Source of the DNA: Candidatus Atribacteria bacterium UBA6794
GTDB lineage: Bacteria; Atribacterota; Phoenicimicrobiia; Phoenicimicrobiales; Stramentimicrobiaceae
Assembly (NCBI GenBank): GCA_002452835.1
Contig: DKFO01000072.1
Location: forward strand, 9,902 to 73,901
Reading direction: 5' to 3'
Length of the DNA stretch: 64,000 nt
Part shown: in pieces, positions 30,643 through 40,802 of the stretch
Position numbering within the stretch: position 1 is the stretch's first letter
How the letters are laid out: each line of letters begins with the position of its first letter
Made by a program: the position numbers and the translations under genes
The notes under the pieces: model-generated
What the model was told of the DNA's origin: nothing
Database searches by the model: none
What the model saw: only the letters and a program-made list of their open reading frames with translations

Positions 30643-31677
30643 CTAAATCGAGACATAGGAACCATAAAAACTGCTACCTATTGCTTGAGCTATTGGTTCT
30701 AATTCTGAAATCAACTTTTCCAAGCTATCCAAATCTAAAGATTGGGCACCATCACTTAATGCCACTTCTGGATTAGTATGTACTTCAATAATTAGACCAT
30801 CTGCTCCTGCCGCGATTGCCGCTTTGGACATGGGAGCTACTAACTCTTTTCTTCCGGTCCCATGGCTTGGATCAACAATTACCGGTAAGTGACTTAATTC
30901 TTTGAGAGCAGGAATAGCACTTAAGTCCAGGGTATTACGAGTAAAACTTTCAAATGTTCGAATTCCTCTTTCGCACAATATGACCTGTTTATTCCCTTCG
31001 CTTAGAATATACTCCGCAGACAAAAGCAATTCTTCAATAGTGGCTGACATACCTCTTTTTAACATAACTGGTTTTTTAATGCGACCCACTTCTTTCAGTA
31101 ACTCAAAATTTTGCATATTTCTAGCCCCTATCTGAAATATATCGGCATAAGGTGCTACTATATCAATCTGTTCAATAGACATTACTTCGGTAATTATCGA
31201 TAAGTCATACCTTTGGGCAGCTTCACTCATGATCTTTATTCCTTTTTTACCTAACCCCTGAAAACTATAGGGAGAAGTTCTGGGTTTAAAGACTCCTCCC
31301 CTTAATATCTTGACTCCTAAACTACTTATCCTACGAGCAATTTCATTTATCTGCTCTTCGTTCTCAATGGCGCAGGGACCAGCCATAAGAACCATATTCC
31401 CCCCACCAATAGTAATATTATTGATGCTAATTGTTGTGGGGGTCTGTTGAAATTCTCTACTGGCCAGTTTATAAGGTTTTAAGACTCTGAGTGCCTCTAT
31501 TACCCCTGGATAAGAATGAAAAGGGAAAGATGCTAATTTTCTGGTATCCCCAATAATACCGATTACTATTCTTTCTTTTCCTCTACTTATCTGTAAGGTA
31601 AAACCAAGCTCTTTTAACTTATCTGTAATTCTCTTTAAATCATGGTCAGTAGAATGACCATCCATTACCAATACCAT
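30643..31677 (-). CDS. 3-deoxy-7-phosphoheptulonate (DAHP) synthase, type I-beta with N-terminal ferredoxin-like regulatory domain (paralog 2)
   Basis: The C-terminal ~260 aa is the KDO8PS-like DAHPS core ([29 protein letters not shown]). The N-terminal ~80 aa is an FL/ACT-like domain as in Thermotoga-type DAHPS. Paralogous to 34804-35841. Confidence 0.85.
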   Translation of the reverse strand: MVLVMDGHSTDHDLKRITDKLKELGFTLQISRGKERIVIGIIGDTRKLASFPFHSYPGVIEALRVLKPYKLASREFQQTPTTISINNITIGGGNMVLMAGPCAIENEEQINEIARRISSLGVKILRGGVFKPRTSPYSFQGLGKKGIKIMSEAAQRYDLSIITEVMSIEQIDIVAPYADIFQIGARNMQNFELLKEVGRIKKPVMLKRGMSATIEELLLSAEYILSEGNKQVILCERGIRTFESFTRNTLDLSAIPALKELSHLPVIVDPSHGTGRKELVAPMSKAAIAAGADGLIIEVHTNPEVALSDGAQSLDLDSLEKLISELEPIAQAIGSSFYGSYVSI

Positions 31678-31710
31678 TTTTTATCACTTCCTTTTTTCTT
31701 TATTCTTAGT

Positions 31711-32232
31711 TCACCAGATATTTTTCTCCATGATTATATTTATGATCTTATGCACTACCTCCTCCACACTTAAATTGGTGGTATCTACTTTTAGCATATA
31801 ATCTTCATAGACCCTCTTTCTTTTATTGAAAAGAAAGTTGATTTTGCTTAAACTATAATCATCTTTTAAAAGTGGTCTTTGATTTTTTTCCTGGTCTAAT
31901 CTTTTTTCAATTACCTCCGGGCTACACCAGAGGCAAATTATGATGCCATTCCTGCTTAAATATTTAATATTTTCCAAATAAATCATAGTCCCACCACCAG
32001 TAGCAATAACCTTATTTTCTTTTAAAGATAATTCTCGGGCTAATTTATTCTCTTCCTCCCTGAAATAAGTTTCACCATATCTGGAAAAAATATCGGAGAT
32101 ACTCATCCCCTGACGTTCTTCAATTACCTCATCCATATCTATATATTTCATGCCTAACTTCTGGGCTAATTGTTTGGCCACAACACTCTTCCCGGTGGCC
32201 ATAAATCCGGTAATAATAATATTCTTTTTCAT
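31711..32232 (-). CDS. aroK: shikimate kinase
   Basis: Walker A ITGFMATGKS. 173 aa. Confidence 0.85.
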   Translation of the reverse strand: MKKNIIITGFMATGKSVVAKQLAQKLGMKYIDMDEVIEERQGMSISDIFSRYGETYFREEENKLARELSLKENKVIATGGGTMIYLENIKYLSRNGIIICLWCSPEVIEKRLDQEKNQRPLLKDDYSLSKINFLFNKRKRVYEDYMLKVDTTNLSVEEVVHKIINIIMEKNIW

Positions 32233-33377
32233 AATTGTGCTATCCTCTGCCTATAGTTCTGATAATTTTCCTTAATTTCCGATAAATAATCTCCAGCAAA
32301 TTTTTCTAAGAAAGCATTCGCTATCTCCCAGGCTACTATGGCCTCTCCAATTACACTGGCAGCAGGAACAACACAAAAATCAGATCTTTGATAGGTTGCC
32401 CTGCTCTCCTTCTGAGTGGCAAAATCAACCGAACGAAGAGGATTAACTAAAGTAGGCACCGGCTTAAGGTAAGCCCTGGTCACTATTGTTTCTCCATTAG
32501 TTACTCCACCTTCCAACCCCCCGGCTCGATTAGTTTTTCGGTAATATGGTGATAAACTGTTTTCTGAGCCCTTACTAATAAATATCTCATCATGCACTTT
32601 GGAACCCTTCCTTTGCGAGGCTTTTATTCCCTCACCTATTTCTACTGCCTTTACCCCTGGAATACTCATCAAAGCTGAAGCCAAGCGAGCATCCAGACGC
32701 CTATCCCACTGCACATAGCTTCCCAAACCAGGGGGGACTCCAGTAGCTATCACCTCAAAAACCCCGCCTAAGGTATCTCCTTCCTGGCGGACCTGGTCAA
32801 TTTCTCGACACATATCCCGGGAGGCTAATTCATCTGGACAATACACTGCTGAGGAGTTAATTTCAGATTCATTTTTTGGTTGGTAAGAGGTAATACTCCG
32901 CCCTTCAATTTGACCAATCCTTAACACATAACCTAAAACGGTTAACTTAAATTCTGCTAAAAATTGTTGGGCTACTGAACCTATAGCAACTCTCATGGCA
33001 GTCTGTCGAGCACTGGCTCTTTCTAACACCTCTCTTAAATCGGTAAACCCATATTTAATAGCACCGGCAAAATCGGCATGGCCTGGTCTGGGAATAGTTA
33101 TAGGGGGTATTTTCTTCTCTGTCCAATTTTGCCAATCTTTGTTTTTTATCATAAGACTGAGTGGGCTACCGATAGTCTTCCTCTCAACCAATCCCGATAA
33201 TATCTCCACTTGATCCAGCTCGATCTTCATCCTTTCCCCCCGACCATAACCACCCTGGCGTCTTTGCAAATTTAGATTAATCAATTCTTTACTTATGGTA
33301 AGACCAGCTGGTAATCCTTCTATAATTCCTAACAAACAAGGGCCATGTGATTCTCCTGCCTCCAAAAATCTTAACAT
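32229..33377 (-). CDS. aroC: chorismate synthase
   Basis: N-terminal MLRFLEAGESHGP. Conserved GxSARxT and RSDxCxVPAA blocks. Confidence 0.9.
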   Translation of the reverse strand: MLRFLEAGESHGPCLLGIIEGLPAGLTISKELINLNLQRRQGGYGRGERMKIELDQVEILSGLVERKTIGSPLSLMIKNKDWQNWTEKKIPPITIPRPGHADFAGAIKYGFTDLREVLERASARQTAMRVAIGSVAQQFLAEFKLTVLGYVLRIGQIEGRSITSYQPKNESEINSSAVYCPDELASRDMCREIDQVRQEGDTLGGVFEVIATGVPPGLGSYVQWDRRLDARLASALMSIPGVKAVEIGEGIKASQRKGSKVHDEIFISKGSENSLSPYYRKTNRAGGLEGGVTNGETIVTRAYLKPVPTLVNPLRSVDFATQKESRATYQRSDFCVVPAASVIGEAIVAWEIANAFLEKFAGDYLSEIKENYQNYRQRIAQL

Positions 33378-33482
33378 TTATACCATTTTCCTCCTCTTTT
33401 ACCTTTGAACTATCTTTACTATTGACTTTGTAGTTTTACCACTCCTTAAATTTTATTAATTTAGAGATAATCATTTAATTTA

Positions 33483-34772
33483 TTAGTCACTAATTACCTT
33501 TCCTAAGATAGTCTCAAACCCGGGGAAAGAAATCTCTATACACTCTGAATTCTCAATTACTGTTCTACCTCGAGCTAATAAAGCCGCAACAGCCAGAGAC
33601 ATAGCAATACGATGATCATCATAACTGGAGCATACTGCCCCCTGTAAATCAGTAGGACCATTTACTAAAAAACCATCCCCTTTTTCGGTGATATCAGCAC
33701 CCATCTTTTTTAACTCACTAACGATAGCCTTTATGCGATCAGTCTCTTTTACCCTTAGTTCCCTTGCTCCCCTTACTATTGTTTTACCCTCAGCCTGGGT
33801 TGCTACCACCGCCAGCAGAGGTAATTCATCAATAATGAAGGGTATTACTTCTTCATTAATCTCCACTCCCTTTATTTTTGAATAGGCAATCTTTAAATCT
33901 GCTCTTGGCTCATTTGATTTTATCTCATAATTGGACCATTCGATTTTAGCACCCATCTTTTTTAATATTTCCAGTAGACCAGTTCGGGTAGGATTCACAC
34001 CTACCTGTTTAATAATAATCTGGGAATCCTTTAATATACTGGCAGCGGCTATAAAATAAGCAGCAGAAGAAAGGTCTCCAGGGATAAAAATATCAGTACT
34101 GTTCAGTTCTGGGCCACCCTTTATGCTAATTTCAAGAGAAGCTTTTTTTATATCAGCCTGCATAAGCTCTAACATCCTCTCAGTATGATCTCGAGAAGGT
34201 AAAGTTTCTTTAATAATGGTCTGGTCAGGGGCATAAATTCCAGCCAATAAAAGAGCAGATTTTACCTGGGCACTGGCAACTGGTAGAGTATACTGGATGC
34301 CCTGAAGCCTTCTCCCTTTGATAGACAAAGGAGCAAAATTATCATCTACCCTTCCCCAGATTTCAGCTCCCATCAACCGAAGCGGCTCTATTACCCTTTT
34401 CATTGGTCTTTTCTTAATAGAGCTATCACCATCCAAAACTGAATAAAAATTCTGGGCACTGAGTAAACCAGTTAAAAGGCGAATGGTAGTTCCAGAATTG
34501 CCCACCTCTAATATAACTTCTGACTCCTCTAATCCAGCTAATCCTTTCCCTTTTATTTTTATAAAGTTATCTTCTATTAATTCTATTTCCACACCTAAGT
34601 TTTGCAGACACTCTAAAGTTTTCAGACAATCCAGAGAATTCAAAAAATTATATATGCGAGTCTCTCCCTGAGCAATAGACCCTAAAATTAAAGAACGATG
34701 TGAGATTGATTTATCTCCAGGAACGAGAATATCTCCGGTTATTTTTTTAACTTGTTGTAACGTAAGTTGCAT
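33483..34772 (-). CDS. aroA: 3-phosphoshikimate 1-carboxyvinyltransferase (EPSP synthase)
   Basis: ILVPGDKSISHRSL, GNSGTTIRLL, RVKETDRI. Canonical EPSPS motifs. Confidence 0.9.
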   Translation of the reverse strand: MQLTLQQVKKITGDILVPGDKSISHRSLILGSIAQGETRIYNFLNSLDCLKTLECLQNLGVEIELIEDNFIKIKGKGLAGLEESEVILEVGNSGTTIRLLTGLLSAQNFYSVLDGDSSIKKRPMKRVIEPLRLMGAEIWGRVDDNFAPLSIKGRRLQGIQYTLPVASAQVKSALLLAGIYAPDQTIIKETLPSRDHTERMLELMQADIKKASLEISIKGGPELNSTDIFIPGDLSSAAYFIAAASILKDSQIIIKQVGVNPTRTGLLEILKKMGAKIEWSNYEIKSNEPRADLKIAYSKIKGVEINEEVIPFIIDELPLLAVVATQAEGKTIVRGARELRVKETDRIKAIVSELKKMGADITEKGDGFLVNGPTDLQGAVCSSYDDHRIAMSLAVAALLARGRTVIENSECIEISFPGFETILGKVISD

Positions 34773-34803
34773 TTAATTTTTCATCCTTTCTCAATTTTCT
34801 AAA

Positions 34804-35841
34804 CTAATCAGGGGAAACCTGACTTATTTCTCGTCCTACTGCCTGAACCAGGGGGACTAATTCTTTCATCAGCTGAGCAAAGGTCTCTACTTTTAAAGTT
34901 TGAGCTCCATCACTGAGTGAGCTTTCTGGATCTGGATGAACTTCAATAATTAATCCATCGGCTCCCACCGCTACAGCAGCTTTAGCCAATGGGCTAACCA
35001 ATTTCCATTTACCGGTGGCATGGCTGGGATCCACTATTACTGGTAAGTGGCTCAACATCTTCAAGGCTGGTACGGCACTCAAATCCAGGGTATGAAGGGT
35101 GTAGTTTTCAAAAGTACGAATCCCCCTTTCGCACAATATTACTTCCTGATTTCCTTGAGAAAAAATATATTCGGCTGATATTAACAATTCCTCTATGGTA
35201 GCTGATATTCCTCTTTTTAAGAGTACTGGTTTTTTAATTTTGCCTAATTCTTTTAGTAAGACAAAATTCTGCATATTGCGGGCTCCTACCTGTAATATAT
35301 CTGCATACTGGCTAACCAGATCTACCTGTTCCACTGACATAACCTCAGTCACTACTAAAAGACCGGTCTCTTTGCTAGCCTGAGCTAATAATTTTAATCT
35401 TTCTTCATCCAATCCCGGAAAGCCGTAAGGAGAAGTAAGGGATTGAAAAGCACCTCCCCTTAATATCTTTGCTCCTGACGATTTGACCTGACGAGCAGTT
35501 TCCAATATTTGTTGTTCGTTCTCTACCATAGAAGGTCCCGCTATTATCACTACTTCTTTCCCTCCAATAGTGACCTCTTTTACCTTAATTACTGTATCCG
35601 AAATATTAAATTCTCTACTGACCAATTTGTAAGGTTTTAAGATGGGAATAATTTTTTCTACCCCTTGAAAGGCATACAATGGCACCAAAGAAAGATTGCC
35701 AACCTCACCTATCACACCTATGACGATCCGTTCTTCACCATGAGATATATGAACCTGATGTCCCATTTCCTTTAACTTCTCTATCACTTTTTCCACATCA
35801 GCTTTATCGGTTTTGCCATTCATGACAATAATCATATTCAC
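34804..35841 (-). CDS. DAHP synthase, type I-beta with N-terminal ferredoxin-like regulatory domain (paralog 1)
   Basis: Same architecture as 30643-31677 and visibly similar throughout ([29 protein letters not shown]). Confidence 0.85.
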   Translation of the reverse strand: MNMIIVMNGKTDKADVEKVIEKLKEMGHQVHISHGEERIVIGVIGEVGNLSLVPLYAFQGVEKIIPILKPYKLVSREFNISDTVIKVKEVTIGGKEVVIIAGPSMVENEQQILETARQVKSSGAKILRGGAFQSLTSPYGFPGLDEERLKLLAQASKETGLLVVTEVMSVEQVDLVSQYADILQVGARNMQNFVLLKELGKIKKPVLLKRGISATIEELLISAEYIFSQGNQEVILCERGIRTFENYTLHTLDLSAVPALKMLSHLPVIVDPSHATGKWKLVSPLAKAAVAVGADGLIIEVHPDPESSLSDGAQTLKVETFAQLMKELVPLVQAVGREISQVSPD

Positions 35842-36230
35842 TCACTCCTCTTTGAAATTTCAGAAATATCTTCCCTCAAATCTGCTCTTAAAACTTGGGA
35901 TTCCCTTAAATAGCAATGTTTGATTTCTAATTGACTTTTTTGACTGTTGATAAGAATTAAGATACGAATGCATTGGGGCAAACTTCCCACTACAGGAATT
36001 TCCTGGGTATCAAAAAGAGGGACCATTCTCCAACCCAGCTGGCGGGCTGCCTCGGCTGGAAAGGCAGCATTTAAATCAGGGGTCATGCTAAAGAAGATAC
36101 TCACTATATCAGTAGTATTAAACTGATTTTCTTTCTGCATAGCAAGCAATAATTCTTTGGTCCCCTCCAGAATAGACTCTTTACTATTTGCTTCTACCGT
36201 GATTGCTCCTCTTATTCCTCTAACCGTCAT
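35838..36230 (-). CDS. aroH: monofunctional chorismate mutase, AroH class
   Basis: N-terminus MTVRGIRGAITVEANSKESILEGTKELL matches the B. subtilis AroH-type pattern (M.IRGIRGATTVE). First gene of the operon. Confidence 0.75.
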   Translation of the reverse strand: MTVRGIRGAITVEANSKESILEGTKELLLAMQKENQFNTTDIVSIFFSMTPDLNAAFPAEAARQLGWRMVPLFDTQEIPVVGSLPQCIRILILINSQKSQLEIKHCYLRESQVLRADLREDISEISKRSE

Positions 36231-36320
36231 AATCTTAACCTCTTTACTTTAGTTATTTTATTGATTTTTCTTTTCCCAATTTACATTTATGATAAATTTA
36301 TAAAAAGAAATACAAGAAAA

Positions 36321-36476
36321 TAAAAAAAGGACTACCGGTATATAAAAACCTATAGTCCTTTATATATGTTTATATATAAAGATACCATAGGCATCTTCGA
36401 TGTTTATGCCTATGGTATCTTATTTATTTTCTATTTAGATTGACGATTAAATCATGATACTAAGGCATAAACATCG
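36321..36476 (-). promoter_or_regulatory. structured 5' leader of the aro supraoperon: a strong hairpin with an alternative pairing partner, followed by an intrinsic-terminator-like stem plus U-tract ~90 nt before the aroH start
   Basis: Minus-strand reading gives aggacta..tagtcct + TTTTTTTATTTT (36321-36359). A 14 bp perfect stem gataccataggcat/atgcctatggtatc spans 36381-36419. Segment 36464-36476 (ggcataaacatcg) can alternatively pair with 36398-36410. No T-box consensus was seen. Confidence 0.35.
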
Positions 36477-36890
36477 CCAATAAAATAGAAATAATAATAT
36501 AAGTTAAAACTAATATTTATTTCTTGGCTCTGTTTCCTTAGCATCTTAAATAGATACCTCTTCCTTTTATTTTTACAAAATCTATCATAAATCTTTACTC
36601 ATGTCAATAGCAAATTAAATATTTGTACAATAATATTTCCCAAAAATAAAATTTATCAAACTAATATTTGACAAACTTAATCCTTATTGAGTAGCTATAA
36701 ACTAATACTCTTCGCACTCTTAGAAGGTCTTTTTATTGCATCAATAATCCGAAGTGTTTTTGGAGCGTCAAAAGATTTTATCTTCTTAAAAGACTATGTC
36801 AGCCTGTGGTTTTTTGCCAACCCATAAAACTTGGGCTTCGACGATTTCTACTAATTCACCTCCTTCTTGTTCAGTCTCACCACTCTTACC

Positions 36891-37715
36891 TTATCTTAAA
36901 TTCAGCCGATAAAGTAGTCCTTCTAAATATTGAATACTCTCTAAAGCTACTCTATTCGATTCCTCAATCGGGGTAGTCAATTCTACCTCTACAGAGAGAT
37001 AGCCCTCATACCCTACTCTTTCTAAAGCCCTAATGATCCCCTCACCATCTACCTTACCACCACTGCCAGGTACAAAGTGACAATGGATATGGTCAAAGAT
37101 ATCTTCCATATGAATATGGAAAATCTTTTTACCTAATTTCCTTATAACCAAAAAGGGGTTCTCGCTCATTACATACATATGCCCTATATCCAGTAAAATG
37201 CCAAAATTATCAGCAGTTACCTCATTCAGGATCCTTTCCATATCCTTCAAGGTACTGATAAGCCGAGGATAGCTTCTACCTATTCTCCCGGCGGCAAAAC
37301 CGGTAGCCGGGGGTTCCGCTTCGGTAGCTACCTTTATGTCTTTATCAGCCGCATATTTTGCTAACTCCTTAAACCCGGCTATTACTTTCTTCCAGTTTTC
37401 TTCGTCTTCTCCCTCGTTTACCAGGTCGAGACCAGGACCGATATTGACGACAGAAGAACCCAGGTCAGAGGCCAGGTCTATTCTCTCTTTTGCAAAATCT
37501 ACATCCATGGTAGGAGTCCCTCCCTGGACCGCAGAGACTTTAAGATTAAGGGAGTTGAGCTGGGTAAGTAATTTGGTACGACTTTGCTTATCCAGTTCAT
37601 GAACCGGGTGGGTACGAGCGATCTCCACCCCCTCATATCCTAAACGAGAAACGTGCTTAATCACCTCTGCAAAGGAATGTTTACTATAAGCATTGGAAAC
37701 AATGGATAATTTCAT
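36891..37715 (-). CDS. sugar phosphate isomerase/epimerase (xylose-isomerase-like TIM barrel)
   Basis: AP_endonuc_2-like sequence with metal-binding His/Asp/Glu pattern (HMEDIFDHIH ... ILLDIGH). 274 aa. Confidence 0.75.
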   Translation of the reverse strand: MKLSIVSNAYSKHSFAEVIKHVSRLGYEGVEIARTHPVHELDKQSRTKLLTQLNSLNLKVSAVQGGTPTMDVDFAKERIDLASDLGSSVVNIGPGLDLVNEGEDEENWKKVIAGFKELAKYAADKDIKVATEAEPPATGFAAGRIGRSYPRLISTLKDMERILNEVTADNFGILLDIGHMYVMSENPFLVIRKLGKKIFHIHMEDIFDHIHCHFVPGSGGKVDGEGIIRALERVGYEGYLSVEVELTTPIEESNRVALESIQYLEGLLYRLNLR

Positions 37716-37756
37716 TATTTTAATTCTCCTCTAATTATTATTTAAAAAATTCTTTT

Positions 37757-38788
37757 CTAATTTTCAAAGATAATGGCTCCTTCGCTTCCTTCTTTAAAGA
37801 CTCGGATAGCCTCTTCTGCTTGATCTAAGGAAAAACTTCGGGTAATAACTGGTTCGGCCAGGACCTTCCCAATTTCTAACCAGCGAATTGCCCTTAAGAA
37901 ATGTTTGGTCAAAAGGGCTACATCTCCACAAATAGTTAACCCCTTTCTAATTACCTGAATTGGGGCAATAGTCGCTTCGGGATAAAGACCGAAGGCCGAA
38001 ATTCGTCCTTTAGGAGCAGCTAACTCAATAGCCAGAGAAAAACACTCCGGAGAATGGGCAGTTTCAATAACAATATCTACTCCTCTTCCTCCGGTTAAAT
38101 CCATAACCTCCTTTAGTGGATCTTCTTTGCTGGCATTGATAATGGCCTTTGCTCCTAATTTTTCAGCAATTTCAAATCTCTTTTTATCCCTATCCAGACC
38201 TATTACCAAAATCTCGGTAACTCCTGAGGCCAGTAAAGCCTGCAGGTGAAAAAGTCCAATTTTCCCAGGCCCAATAATAGCTGCTGTTTCACCCAAAGCG
38301 GGTTTGATATTGGCTAAGGACCTGACTGTTAAGCCCATGGGCTCCAGGCAGGAAGCATTTCTAAAGGAAATATGGTCAGGTAATTTATGAACTAAATCTT
38401 GGGGAACAAGAATATATTCAGCAAAGGTACCATTACCGGTAAGACCTAAATGCTCCCAATACTGACACATATTCTTATTTCCCAATTTACAATCGAGGCA
38501 TTGTCCACAACCCTGTAATGCCTCAAAAGCTACCCGGTCGCCCACCTTAAAACCTTGTACTTCCTTACCAATATCAGCAATAATACCGACTCCTTCATGA
38601 CCAGGAATAATGGGGATAGGGACTGGCTTCTTCCCTTTGTATTTGTTTTCTAAAAGTGAGATATCGGTACCACAGATGGCACTGGCTTTCATCTGCACCA
38701 GGACCTCACCTGAGCCAACCTTGGGTATTTCAACCTCCCTAACTTCATAGGCGTTAGGTGCTTCACTAAATTTTACTAATGCTTTCAT
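37757..38788 (-). CDS. zinc-dependent alcohol/polyol dehydrogenase (MDR family)
   Basis: GHEGVGII catalytic Zn motif. Structural Zn Cys cluster CGQCLDCKLGNKNMC. Rossmann IIGPGKIG. Confidence 0.8.
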   Translation of the reverse strand: MKALVKFSEAPNAYEVREVEIPKVGSGEVLVQMKASAICGTDISLLENKYKGKKPVPIPIIPGHEGVGIIADIGKEVQGFKVGDRVAFEALQGCGQCLDCKLGNKNMCQYWEHLGLTGNGTFAEYILVPQDLVHKLPDHISFRNASCLEPMGLTVRSLANIKPALGETAAIIGPGKIGLFHLQALLASGVTEILVIGLDRDKKRFEIAEKLGAKAIINASKEDPLKEVMDLTGGRGVDIVIETAHSPECFSLAIELAAPKGRISAFGLYPEATIAPIQVIRKGLTICGDVALLTKHFLRAIRWLEIGKVLAEPVITRSFSLDQAEEAIRVFKEGSEGAIIFEN

Positions 38789-38834
38789 AAACTCTCCTCC
38801 CTAAAATTTTCAAAGTAAAGTTATAATTTTGGAA

Positions 38835-40115
38835 TTATCTTATATAACCCAATATTTTAGGTAACCATAAGGTTAGAAAAGGCCAATAAGTAACTATTAA
38901 CAGTGTTACTATCTCGGCAATTAAAAATGGAATAACCGCTCTCGATATTCTTTCTAAAGAAATTTTGGCAATACCACTGGCAACATATAAACATAACCCC
39001 ACTGGTGGGGTAATTAATCCTATCATTAAATTTAATACTACAATCACCCCAAACATGACCGGATGAACTCCATAAGAAACGGCAATTGGTAAAAAAAGAG
39101 GAACTGTAATAATCATGGCTGCCGTCCCTTCCATAAAGGTTCCTAAAAATAAAAGCATAATATTTAAAACCAATAGAAACATAATGGGACTGGAAATATG
39201 TTCTTTAAAAATGTTTGCCATCAATTGTGGTACCTGCTCTACGGATAAAAGCCAGTTAAAGATATTGGCACAGGCTATAACTAAAAAAACAACACCGGTA
39301 GTTTTGGCAGTAGCAACAAAAACATTATATAAATCTTTCAACTTTAGATTATGATATACTAAAAATCCAATGATTAAGGAATAAACTACCGCTATAGCAG
39401 AGGCTTCTGTTGCTGTAAATACACCAGATAGGATTCCGCCTAAAATAATTAAAGGCATCAACAATGGCACAATAGCATTGAGACAAGAGCTGATAAAGTC
39501 CTTAAATCCTATTTTCTCCTCTCTTTTTGGATAATTTTTTTTCACAGAAATAATATAGGAAACTACTAATAACGATAATCCTAATAATATGCCCGGGAGA
39601 AATCCTGCTAAAAATAAGGCAGCTACCGATTGACCGGATAATAAAGCAAAGATTACCATCGGTATACTGGGAGGAATAATAGGCCCTACCACAGAAGATG
39701 AGGCTGTAACAGCGGCACTAAAATCATCATCAAAGCCCTTTTCTTTCATAGCAGGAATTAACATGGAACCAATAGCTGAAGTATCAGCAACCGCTGAACC
39801 AGTTATACCGGCAAAGAACATACTGGCAACAATATTAATATGTGATAAACCACCTTTGATATGACCTACAAAAAGGTCAGAAAACTTTACTAATTTAGAA
39901 GTTATCCCCGATTTATTCATTAACTCTCCGGCCAGGATAAAGAAAGGAATGGCCATAAAGGGGAATGAATCAATACCGGTAAACATCCTCTGGGCAATGA
40001 CTAAAAGAGGAATATTTTTCAAATATAATATGGCTATACTGGCAATCCCCAGACAAAAGGCAATGGGAACTCCAATTGCCAGACAAGCTATAAAAACTAA
40101 AACACCAATGGTCAT
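38835..40115 (-). CDS. dctM: TRAP transporter large permease subunit
   Basis: 426 aa polytopic membrane protein of the DctM family. Follows DctQ and DctP. Confidence 0.85.
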   Translation of the reverse strand: MTIGVLVFIACLAIGVPIAFCLGIASIAILYLKNIPLLVIAQRMFTGIDSFPFMAIPFFILAGELMNKSGITSKLVKFSDLFVGHIKGGLSHINIVASMFFAGITGSAVADTSAIGSMLIPAMKEKGFDDDFSAAVTASSSVVGPIIPPSIPMVIFALLSGQSVAALFLAGFLPGILLGLSLLVVSYIISVKKNYPKREEKIGFKDFISSCLNAIVPLLMPLIILGGILSGVFTATEASAIAVVYSLIIGFLVYHNLKLKDLYNVFVATAKTTGVVFLVIACANIFNWLLSVEQVPQLMANIFKEHISSPIMFLLVLNIMLLFLGTFMEGTAAMIITVPLFLPIAVSYGVHPVMFGVIVVLNLMIGLITPPVGLCLYVASGIAKISLERISRAVIPFLIAEIVTLLIVTYWPFLTLWLPKILGYIR

Positions 40116-40188
40116 TTATTTTCTCCTAAATTTCTTTAGTAATAATTATTTACTTTATTATGCTGATTATTTGTTTGATAGTGGCTAA

Positions 40189-40683
40189 CTACTCTTTAAA
40201 AATTGCACTAACGTTAGCACAAAGTAAAGAAATTACTTCGATTGCCATTAATATTGAACCAAAAGTTACCGCTAAATATGGGTAAATCATTGGTATTCCT
40301 AAGGCAGGTGATATTTGAATTTTTACCACTCTTAATACATTCAACGATTGAAAAAAAAGGGTCACTAAAAAGAAGAGGACCAATAGATAGGAAATTATTT
40401 TTATAAAACTACGGATGGGTATGGGAAAAAGATTTAACACAAAACTTACGTTAACATGTTCCTCATCCCGAAAGGCTATAGCCATACCAATAAAAGCAAA
40501 CCAAATCATTAAATATCTTGCCATCTCTTCCGTCCAGGGTAACGAGTTATTTAATACATAGCGGAAAAAAACACCTATTGCTACATTACTAACCATTATC
40601 GCTAATAAAACAAATACCATATTTTGTTCCATAATCTTAACTATGCGATAGATATTTCTTATTAATTTTGAAAACATAATCAT
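40189..40683 (-). CDS. dctQ: TRAP transporter small permease subunit
   Basis: 164 aa, four predicted TM helices; position between DctP and DctM. Confidence 0.75.
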   Translation of the reverse strand: MIMFSKLIRNIYRIVKIMEQNMVFVLLAIMVSNVAIGVFFRYVLNNSLPWTEEMARYLMIWFAFIGMAIAFRDEEHVNVSFVLNLFPIPIRSFIKIISYLLVLFFLVTLFFQSLNVLRVVKIQISPALGIPMIYPYLAVTFGSILMAIEVISLLCANVSAIFKE

Positions 40684-40802
40684 TTTACCTGTTTTTATTT
40701 TTTACTTTGGTAGGCAGATGCCCTACCTAATTTTTATGGAAGCGATGTAATGAGATAGGGCATCTACTTTTTTTCTTTATTTCGCTGGTTAAAAACTAAT
40801 TC

